Shown: positions 54,724 to 64,000 of the stretch, piece by piece | Layout: each line of letters begins with the position of its first letter | Position numbering within the stretch: position 1 is the stretch's first letter | Assembly (NCBI GenBank): GCA_013265495.1 | Contig: MU060876.1 | Span: 1,760,107 to 1,824,106 of the forward strand | DNA: 64,000 bases | From: Vicugna vicugna | Lineage: Eukaryota | Reading direction: 5' to 3' | Translations under genes and position numbers: made by a program | Notes under the pieces: generated by a model | The model's input: the letters and a program-made list of their open reading frames with translations, nothing else | Databases searched by the model: none | Told to the model about the DNA's origin: nothing

Positions 54724-55857
54724 GTAAAGTACTTCTTTTCCTGATCAGGTTGTCACACTCTTACTTCCTGCCTCGTCCGCGGGCGCCTGGGAAGTAGAGG
54801 CCTTGAGCTGGAGCAGCCGAAGTCTGGGCTGAGGCTGCCGCTGGGAGATTTCGCTACTGTCACCCCTCCCCCCCTGGGCCGCTCCCCGGCAGTCGGGGCT
54901 CCGCGCGCTTCTCCCCGGCGCCACTTCTCTGAGCTGCTTAAGCGTCGCTCGAGGGACGGGAGGGGCTCTAAGCCTCGCGGACCTCTTCTCAGAAATCTTG
55001 GTCCCTGTCGCACCCTACCGTCGCCCCCTGCCCGTTCTCTCTTCTCCCAAGGGAGTAATCACCGGGTCTGAGCCCTTACTGCTGACCTTTCGTAGTTGTC
55101 CAACGGGATTCTGCCGCAGACCCCGGAGGGACAGATCCCTGCCACCCCAGATGACTGAACCCGAGCAGGCGCTGTCGGCTTCTGACTTGAAAGTCGCGAG
55201 TGTAGACCCCAGCCTCCAGGCGCCGGTCCTGGTCGGACTGTAGAGGAGACCGCAAAGCCCCCAGGCCGTCAGCGGCGCCAAGAGTTAATGGCGGGTAGAG
55301 GAAAGTGGGCGGCGAGCCGCCCGTTAGTTCTTCGCTGCTGTTGGAAGAGTCGATAGCCCCTGAAGCCTAAAGTTAATACGAACTCGTCCCTCTCAAATTC
55401 TATGCGCTTGCATCCCTAGCCCCGAGAGCGTGGGAATATCAGCAAATGCCAGCGTATGGGAATTACTTAGTTTAGAAATTATATTAGAATATCCCTGTAT
55501 ACTTATACTGTGGGCGGACAGCGGGGGGGGGCATTAAAAAATAAAAAAGAACCTAAGCAGTTGCTCTATCCTTGATTCATCTCCAGGCATGTCTAGGTTT
55601 TCCCACTTGCTTAGGACTTAAGAAAATGGATCCCCCTTCTTGGCACTTGAGTTTTTGGTGCCTTCTTTCTTGAGGACCCGCTGGCGTTGAGCAGGGTTTT
55701 AAAACGGGGCTCTCGAGTACAAGTGGACCGAGTTTTCTCCAAGTCGGGTAGGGTGGGGTCTGAGCCAGTCCACCGCGGGGCCGGCGGGGAATGCACCGGG
55801 ACGGTCCTGTGACTCGCAGGCTGACTTGCTGCCGGCTCTTCCTCGGTCCCAGCGACT

Positions 55858-55996
55858 ATGCCCCGTAAAGGCACCCAGCCCTCCACTGCCCGGCGCAGAG
55901 AGGAAGGGCCGCCGCAGTCTCCGGACGGCACCAGCAGCGACATGGAGCCCGAACCGCCGCCCGGCCGCGCGGGGAGCCCGGCGCCTGCCACCGCAG
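55858..55996 (+). CDS. SMC4: SMC4 exon 2, coding part (MPRKGTQPSTARRREEGPP...); the exon begins at 55853
   Basis: SMC4 N-terminus; acceptor cccag| at 55852 and donor G|gtgaga; 139 coding nt. Confidence 0.93.
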
Positions 55997-56896
55997 GTGA
56001 GAAACCCTTCGCGACGCGACGGGCAAGTGCGTGGGATACCCTGATGCCGTGCGTGGGATACCCTGGTGCGTCCGCTCGCCACCCAGGACTGGCTGGTGTT
56101 CTTGGGCGCGAACGAGCGGGGCTTCGGGGTTGACGTCTGAAGGTAGCGCGTCGGTCGGGTAGAGCAGCTCAAGAAAGCGATTTGGCGATTTTTACGTTAG
56201 ACTACGTGCAATTTCGGTGTAACGATGTTGGAGGGGATGGGGGGGCGAGTAAAAACTTCAGTTATGAATTTCTGTTTTTCTTGTGTTTCTGCGGAAATAG
56301 ACATAGCCTGTAGCCAGTGGACTTTTTTTCAGTCAGCGTGACTGTATGTTAGTATGATGGAAAGTTGTTTGATCCTAACTTCTCCGTGGTCTTAAATTGC
56401 GTTTAAAGAGATGGTAATTTACTCGAAACTACTGCAGCTTTTGTGAGTCCGGGAATAGGGTGACATTTTGGAACCCCTGCGACAGTGTCGTAGGGGCTCT
56501 TGAGTATCCAAAGATAAGGTTCCAGGTGCTCAAAGATACGGAGAGCGTTGGTTCTAGAGCCGTAGGATTTAGCCACCTGTTTAGGCAGGCAGCATGGAAT
56601 CAAGTGGTTATGGTTTTCCCAGATTTGCTTCATGATGTGGTTGTTTTGACCCCTAAGACGTGTATTTCTGTAGACTTTTGCGACTGGTGGCATTTCTTTC
56701 AAGAATTTTTTTTATGAAACCAAGCTGAAAGATTCTCATCCCTGTGAGTTTTCATCCCTGTATTTGAGCGGGAAATATAGATTCCTAAGTTTCATAAATA
56801 ACAGCTCTCCAGAGATGAACAGGCAGCAGTCCTCCCAACTAATTGCACTAATACAGGCTTTTTTCCCTTGCCTTCCCTTTCCTTTGACTGACTTAG

Positions 56897-57075
56897 AGAC
56901 TCCAAGTGAGGAAATTGATAATAGAAGTTTAGAAGAGATTTTGAATAGCATCCCTCCTCCCCCGCCTCCAGCAATGACCAATGAAGCTGGAGCGCCTCGG
57001 CTTATGATAACTCATATTGTAAACCAGAACTTCAAATCCTATGCTGGGGAAAAAATTCTGGGACCTTTCCATAAG
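56897..57075 (+). CDS. SMC4: SMC4 exon 3 (ETPSEEIDNRSLEEILNSIPPPPPPAM...NFKSYAGEKILGPFHK)
   Basis: SMC head NFKSY motif; ttag| acceptor and AAG|gtattt donor; 179 nt. Confidence 0.96.
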
Positions 57076-57524
57076 GTATTTGACCATTTTAAATAGCTGT
57101 TGTAAGGTAATGAGTCTTTATTACAAAATGTTTCGATTTTGTAGCTATTGTATTTATTCTGATTGATACATATACGGTGTGTTTCCTATGCTTTTAACAA
57201 CTGAAATTAGCTTTTGTTTATCTGATTATCTTTGGTATCTCTAAATTTTCCTCACTGAATAGAATTGGTGGGGGTTTTTTGTTCAAAAGGAGTATTTTCT
57301 CTGACTATAAGAATGAATTTTATAAAAAGTGTTAGAATTAAAATATAGCCATATTTAAGGTGTTGAAGCTTGTGGTAGAGAACATGATGTATGAAAACTG
57401 CTGTCTTTTAGCAATGAAAACTTTTAAATACTTGAAGTTTTGCTGCGAGTAAAAAAAAAACAGCTTAAGTTAAAATTGGTAGTATGACCTTTTTAACCTT
57501 TTTTTCCCTGTTCTTTTTATGCAG

Positions 57525-57716
57525 CGCTTTTCCTGTATTATTGGGCCAAATGGCAGTGGCAAATCCAATGTTATTGATTCTATGCTTTTTGTATTTGGCT
57601 ATCGAGCACAAAAAATAAGATCTAAAAAACTCTCGGTATTAATACACAATTCTGATGAACACAAGGATATTCAGAGTTGTACTGTAGAAGTTCATTTTCA
57701 AAAGATAATTGATAAG
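57525..57716 (+). CDS. SMC4: SMC4 exon 4 (RFSCIIGPNGSGKSNVIDSMLFVFG...FQKIIDK), contains Walker A
   Basis: GPNGSGKS P-loop; gcag| acceptor and AAG|gtaagg donor; 192 nt. Confidence 0.97.
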
Positions 57717-59264
57717 GTAAGGGACTTTAGTTATTTACAACTTCAAGTAGGGAACACGAAGGATTTCAATACATTGCACATTTTATTATTTTTGGCTTAA
57801 ATTGGCTTGTAAAAATTAGCATATGGTTAAAGCAGAACCAGTAATTGGTTTTATTACCTCCATAACCATATTTTCTTTTTGAGGAGTGGTGGTGATGGCT
57901 GTTAAACTTAAAATATTATTTTTTTAAGCCAGGAAAATGAATTACAAGTAGCTCATAATAATGCTTACCTTTTTGGAATAAAAACACTGAGCAGATTTAG
58001 TATTCTGGTTACCAAGTAGGCATTCTTTTACTATAAATTTAGGGTTCGTTTTTCTAAAAGTTATGTTTTTTATTGCTTTCAGATAAATCACATAATTTAA
58101 CACTTGGCTAATTTTACCACCATTATTTCAATTTACATTAAATTTAATGTTATTAGTAGTTCTGTGTACATGTAATATGAAAAAGCTTTGCTTCCGTTTG
58201 AACTAACTACTCTTTTAAAATAGGGGAAGGATAAGCTCACATGTTTGTTTGCTAGAAAAGCAGACAATTACAGGTAAAATATCTATGTAGATTATTTACA
58301 TGGCTCTGTTGATACTGGGTTTTTTCCTCTTATGTTTAATAATTAACTTTGGAAATTCATGGTTCGAAAATGGCTGGCTGGAACCTAAAAGTGTAAAAAA
58401 CTAATTACATAATGAAACAAGGATGTGATTTGGCCTCTTGGTCTTTTATTATTATTATTATTTTAATATAAAGTGCTTTAATTAAATCTACATGGTGGTA
58501 TATATTTGAATTTTGTTTCTTAGTGATTTTTTATTGTACAGTTTGGGTTGGAAGATAGATTGCCAGTAAATCAGATTTGATTCCATGCCCTGTTAATTAC
58601 ACTTGCTTTGTGTAAATTTTAAAAGCCATGATTTCAAAATGACAGCTTTTAAAGGAAAGCGATTTTTAGTAATAAAGCAGGTTTGCACTTCATTTTTTTT
58701 TAAATTTTGTTTGATTTTAAAAACAGGGGAATGTAGTTGTCAATTCTTTGCAGTTTTTTTTTTACCTTCAATTAATGACATGTTCTTCACCAAAAAAGAA
58801 AGAAAGAAAAACCTAAGCCATATCACCCTACTACTTCACCACCTTCTTTCCTTTTTCCTTGAATAATCTCTTACAGCTTTTTTTACTATTATTTTTTAAT
58901 GGACTGGTAATCTGTCAACGTGGTTTAATAATTTGGGTGGGTTTGTTATGGATATGGTGGGAGTCTTGTCCTCTTTCATCAGTTCTTTCCTCAGTCAAAT
59001 ATGTGTTTAGGCTTGAAAGTGGGATGTTTTCTTTTTGTTTGCTTAGACTTTTTGGTTTCTGTGATCTATGAGGAAAGCATCAAAGAATTTGGAAAATTAT
59101 TTCTAAGAATAATTATTTCTAAGAACCATTGTTAGTTTATGTGCATGTTCAATTGAAGTTTTTAATCCATAGAATTGGTTTCAATATGAAGTGAGGGAAA
59201 TTTGGAGCAAACCTATGACTTAATACCAACAATTGTTTTCTGGTTTTGTTTTTCCTCAAAACAG

Positions 59265-59441
59265 GAAGGGGATGATTATGAAGTCGTTCCTAACAGTAAC
59301 TTCTATGTATCCAGAACGGCCTACAGAGATAATACTTCTGTTTATCACATAAGTGGAAAGAAGAGGACATTTAAGGATGTTGGAAATCTTCTTCGAAGCC
59401 ATGGAATTGACCTGGACCATAATAGATTTTTAATCTTACAG
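59265..59441 (+). CDS. SMC4: SMC4 exon 5 (EGDDYEVVPNSNFYVSRTAYRDN...DLDHNRFLILQ); gene continues right of the window
   Basis: SMC4 peptide ending at the Q-loop; acag| acceptor and CAG|gtaata donor; 177 nt. Cumulative CDS is 687 nt. Confidence 0.96.
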
Positions 59442-59548
59442 GTAATATTAAAGAAATTAAAAGTTCTCTCATTCTTGGTTTTGTTTGTTTGTTTGTTTGT
59501 TTCAGTAAAGTTCAAGGAGTTTTCCCCTGTTGGATGAATCCTGTATTT

Positions 59549-59646
59549 TTGAGGCCTTAAAGTACTGTAGCAGCACATCATGGTTTACATACTACAGTAA
59601 AGATGCGAATCATTATTTGCTGCTCTAGAAATTTAAGGAAATTCAT
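59549..59646 (+). ncRNA. MIR15B: pre-miR-15b (5p TAGCAGCACATCATGGTTTACA 59568-59589; 3p CGAATCATTATTTGCTGCTCTA 59606-59627)
   Basis: Mature arms match known miR-15b, are complementary to each other, and sit at the known position in an SMC4 intron. Confidence 0.97.
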
Positions 59647-59702
59647 TCAAAACTGTATTTTCATCATATGCTTATTTTATGTTTGGATGGACTGACATAC
59701 TT

Positions 59703-59783
59703 GTTCCGCTCTAGCAGCACGTAAATATTGGCGTAGTGAACTAAATATTAAACACCAATATTATTGTGCTGCTTCAGCGTGAC
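59703..59783 (+). ncRNA. MIR16-2: pre-miR-16-2 (5p TAGCAGCACGTAAATATTGGCG 59712-59733; 3p about 59755-59776)
   Basis: Mature miR-16 sequence with a complementary 3p arm, clustered 56 nt after pre-miR-15b. Confidence 0.97.
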
Positions 59784-59943
59784 AGGGATATAGCAACTAC
59801 TTATGGTTTCTGTTTGTATTTCTCTTTAAGATACCATTTTAAATGAGATTCACTCTTTTAATAGTCTTTTTCCTTTACTTTTGTTTTTATTCGTAATCTC
59901 TACTAACATTATATACTCCAAAAAAGAAAAGAAAAAACTACTC

Positions 59944-60198
59944 TTTTTTTCTAATTGAAGATATAGTCAGTTTAAAATGTGTCAATTTCTGAAATAGTTC
60001 AGTCATATATGTGCATACATATATTCCTTTTCATATTCTTTTTCATTATAGGTTACTACAAGATACTGAATATAGTTACCTGTGCTATACAGTAAAAACT
60101 TGTTTATCTATTTTGTATACGGTAATTAGTATCTGCAAATCTCAAACTCCCAATTTATCCTTTCCCACCCCCTTACCCTACTGATAACCAAAAATTTG
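59944..60198 (-). mobile_element. L1 3' end (cetartiodactyl-type), antisense, about 160 nt downstream of miR-16-2
   Basis: T-tract start; tattctttttcattataggttactacaagatactgaatatagtt..cctgtgctatacagta..aactcccaatttatcc. Confidence 0.8.
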
Positions 60199-63100
60199 AC
60201 AAATTTACCTGAGCATCTAGCTAATTTAATTTAACCTTTTTTAACACTTAGTTGCTCGGTAAGAAAAATTCCTTATCTTCTCTCTGTTTTACCTTTCAAA
60301 AAAGTTTTTAGTGTAAAACATGGCTTTATTATACATACTAAAATTCTATTTTGATTAGAGGCTATCTTTTCTTTTGTCCTGTTCACAATCAACAAGGGTA
60401 TAATAAGAGCAAAACAATATTGTGATGTAGAAATAGCTGCTAATACTCTTTAGTGTCAGTGCTACTGGTTTTAAACTAACTTGGGAGTTTTGATTTGATA
60501 CTAAAAGTTTTATTAGTATGCGTATTCCCAGTAAGAAACTCATAAAATGTTAGCCCGTATTTCCATTATAGTCTATTCTTTAACTATTTTTTAAAAGAAA
60601 ATATTACTTGTAGACATGTATAGTATATGTACAAAATAAAGAAATATCATTCTGAGATGACTTAATCTCTTTTGTTACCAGTTCATTCATAATACTTCTT
60701 TAACCCAAACTTACTTAAAAATGGATATTGGGAAATCAGCAGCAGTTATATTTCTAAGTAAGATTTGCATTTATATAAATGTGGAATTAAACCTTTGTGT
60801 GTATGTTTTAATCAAATTTAACTGTTTTACGGACTTTTCATAATTCTGGGATTTTATTTGGTTAATTATGGATTAAAAAGTTATACCCCTTTATAATACT
60901 AAATTTGATAGTCATGCCATTTTGTAAGAACATATACTTGTGTTTTTCTTTTGTTTATTATTTGCTATTTACTATCACTCTGGGGCGATCAAAGTTTTAT
61001 ACCTGTGCAAAGACTCATTAAAATTAAATAGACTGCATTTTAACCCTTGTAAAGGTAATTTTTTCCTTGGTACACCCTCTTTGTACATATTCAGTAATAA
61101 AGGAAGCTAGTAAAGTAACAACCTCAAAAAGAAGTAGATGAGAGTAATTTTAAATTGTCAACTTTATATTAAATATGTGCTTCTGAAGTACCTGGGATGC
61201 TTAAGCCATTTGTCCTCATAATAATCTCAACCTTTTTGTGTCATCTTAACAGTTACATTGTTTAAATCATTTTTAATACCAAAGAAACTTTCTAAGTTAA
61301 CAAATTCAGTTCCATTTGATTAAACTTACAGATAAGAACCTTAGGAACTCACCTGTTAGAAGAAACAGGGATTGGACTAGATAGAAATAATGACGCCCTA
61401 TTTAAAAGTTTGAGGGAAAGTGGCAGTGGTTCTATGGATTTTTATTTAGTTACTTATCAAAATCTTAGACTCCTGCACTAGAGATTTAAAGCATTTGAAG
61501 GTAAGTAAGAATATAGTTTTTATTTATCTCCTGCTAAATAATGTTTATCTTAAAACCTAGCTGTGGTTTGGGAGGCCAGGAACTTAGAGACATCATATCA
61601 TCATCATCTAAGACATAAGTGATTACTTGAATAAAATGATTAAGTTGTTTGGCCAATGATAGTGATTAACAGCCTAAGTGATCTAAATTCAGCTAAAGAA
61701 AAATTTATTTTTAATATTAAAAAGCACTAAATTTTAGAAGTCCATAAAGATAAACTTTTTTACAGTATTTAGTAGGTTCTTCAGTTGGCATTTCTAATAT
61801 TTGAAATCATTCAAAATTTTATCAGTTGACCATTTTAGTGAGTTCCTAGTAAGTCACTATGTTGAGTTTCTGTAAATGTTACAAGATGGCTGAACTCTGT
61901 TTCTTGTCCTTAGAGGCACTTATGCATACCTTCGAAAAGTGTTGGATTATAATTGGCCATTGTACTTTTTATGTTTGTAAATTTCTGCATTTATATATAC
62001 CTTGTTTGGGAGCCATTGTCCCATTGTTGTAACTATTGGTGTAAACAGGTAGGGTTTTATTAGCTCTGTGTAGCGTTTCATGGTAGCTGTGACTTATAAA
62101 TTAGATTTAATTGGTTTGGGTCCATTTGCTCCTTTTAAGGTTAGGAGAATGATAACCTTAATGCTTTATTGTAGTTTGAAGTTTCATTAATAACTGCTGT
62201 CTCAGGAGTGTTTTTGTAAGCTTCTCAAAAGCTGTAACTATTGATGCAATTTTAGTTTAGTCAGAGTTTTCAACTTCATGTGCTTTTTGTATTCCCATTA
62301 TAAAATCTAAGTTTATAACAAGAACCAAGGCTTTTTTTCTTACTGTTTAGTAATTTGGAGATTAGATTAACCTAGATCTGAGTTGTTACCTATTCATCTC
62401 TTCCTTTTTCTTTTCAGTATACTTCTAAGCTTTCTGGCTTTTTAGCGTGTAGAAAGTCTGTGCTATATCAAAAGAATTTTTTTAGATTTATCAATAGTAC
62501 TTCAGTTATCCAAAAGTGTCTTGTTCAATAGCCTCAATTATATGAAAGAAAACAGAAAGTCACCTCCAAGTGTCCAGGATAGAAAACAAGCAGTCTACCT
62601 CTAAAGCATTGTTTCTATTTATGTACTCATTTTGGACAGATATTAACCTTGGTCGTTTGGTTTCTTGGCCTCTGTGAGATCACAAAGAGCGTATTAGAAT
62701 AAAATTTATTAGAAGTAGATGAAGAACTGTACAGTACAAAGGAAAAGAAGGAGAAAATAAAAATATTACCAAGGCAAAATAAAAATTCAAAGCCTAGTAA
62801 TTCTGGGCCATTTAATTTTGATGCAAACATCCATATTTACTTTCAGAGTCCTTCAGGCCTTATTAGGAAATAAAAGTCTTATTCTAACTATGTACTTGAG
62901 TTTCCTGTGGTTCATGCTTGCTAAAATTTGGATTCTGTTTCAATAAAGACAAAAAAGCATCATACCTATTTGTTCCTCTTAGATTTTTAACCTGTGTACC
63001 TGTAAATTAGATTATTGAAGTATGCTATAAATGAATCATAATACCCTTGTTTGTCACCCACTTTAAGAAGTTAATCTTTAGGCTTTGGATATTACAAATA

Positions 63101-64000
63101 TTCTCTTGAAGTAAGTTTGCTATTTGTATGTTACTCTTAAGAACCATACATTATATTTTCCACAGTTGCTTAATGTCTTTGATATAGTATGAATATAATT
63201 TAAAACATAGGAAGTCTGTAGTAAATAACAGTGAAAAAATTTATTTAAAATCATGTGTAGTTTACTTAAGCTATAGAAAATAGAGATAATAGTGTGGAGG
63301 CCTGTAAAACTTTGCCAGCTTCAAATGCTGCTAGCAGTATAGTAACTTGAAACATTTTTTTTGTCTCATGGTGTTAATGTTATTTGTGTTTTGGAGCTTT
63401 GAGTGGAAGGGTGACTTTAAATTCAGGTTGATGTTTGAAAATTATTTCTGAAATGTATTGGGCCTATTGCCCTAAATTAAAACTATATTTTATAGTTTCA
63501 CATGGGATAGGTGAGTTTTCTGAAAATGTATGAGTGGTCTTCTAGGCACAGACCGTCAACCCACAGATGATATATAAAATGGCACAAAATGGAAGAAGAG
63601 GGAAGAAAGCAAATAGTAGTAGGTGGTAAGGCAGGCAGAGGACATCAAGGAACAGAGCCACAAGAAAGGTCCAGGTTGTCATTGAAATACCACAGCAGTC
63701 CTGATAGGCAAGTGACAGGTAGAGGCCTAAATGTTCTAGTAACTTGTTGATTCAGTAGTGCTAATCTGATGATAACTAGCTTTTAAAAAGAATACCATAC
63801 AACAAATCAAAAACTGAATGTTATGTGAGAATTGAGATGGAACTATGTTGATTCATAAATGTCCTTGTCTTTCACTTTAAAATGTTTTCTACTGGGCACC
63901 CTTGTTAGAATGAAAGGAAGTCATAGCTGTATAGACTTCATTTTAATTGGAAAGGGAGGAACAAGTAACCAAAAATAAGCAACCACTATGCTTTACTGAA

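Larger units (their letters stand above)
54000..56250. promoter_or_regulatory. CpG island / IFT80-SMC4 bidirectional promoter
   Basis: Abrupt rise in GC and CpG. Motifs: CCAAT (ATTGG 54308-54312), GC-box 54338-54343, NRF1-like GCGCATGCG 54504-54512, YY1-like AAAATGGCGG 54526-54535 and CGCCATTTT 54626-54634, ZNF143-like 54568-54585, E2F-like TTCCCGCG 54221-54228, reverse CHR TTCAAA at 54371 and 54555. Confidence 0.85.

Noticed and set aside
53863..56172. Several 70-190 aa ORFs across the CpG island
   Set aside because: Expected from stop-codon scarcity in GC-rich DNA; only 55858-55996 matches SMC4.

Overview
AT-rich, repeat-laden mammalian genomic DNA, probably from a camelid: three tRNA-Ala(AGC)-derived vic-1-type SINEs are present and I saw no Alu, BovB or PRE-1. 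Two genes lie head-to-head around a CpG island at about 54.0-56.2 kb. IFT80 is on the minus strand, with a non-coding exon 1 and coding exons 2-8 (codons 1-259); the rest lies left of the window. SMC4 is on the plus strand, with a non-coding exon 1 and coding exons 2-5 (codons 1-229) and the miR-15b/miR-16-2 cluster in intron 5. IFT80 intron 2 is a U12-type AT-AC minor intron. The most unexpected element is a ~1.6 kb decayed, intron-less retrocopy of an MHC class I chain-related (MIC, NKG2D-ligand) gene in IFT80 intron 1 (about 45943-47550, minus strand). Its leader exon is replaced by about 140 nt resembling the antisense strand of a LINE-1 5' region, joined exactly at the MIC exon-2 boundary, which suggests a fossil L1-antisense/MIC chimeric mRNA. 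Gene, miRNA and repeat names come from my recall of known sequences, not database searches. Repeat boundaries are approximate.
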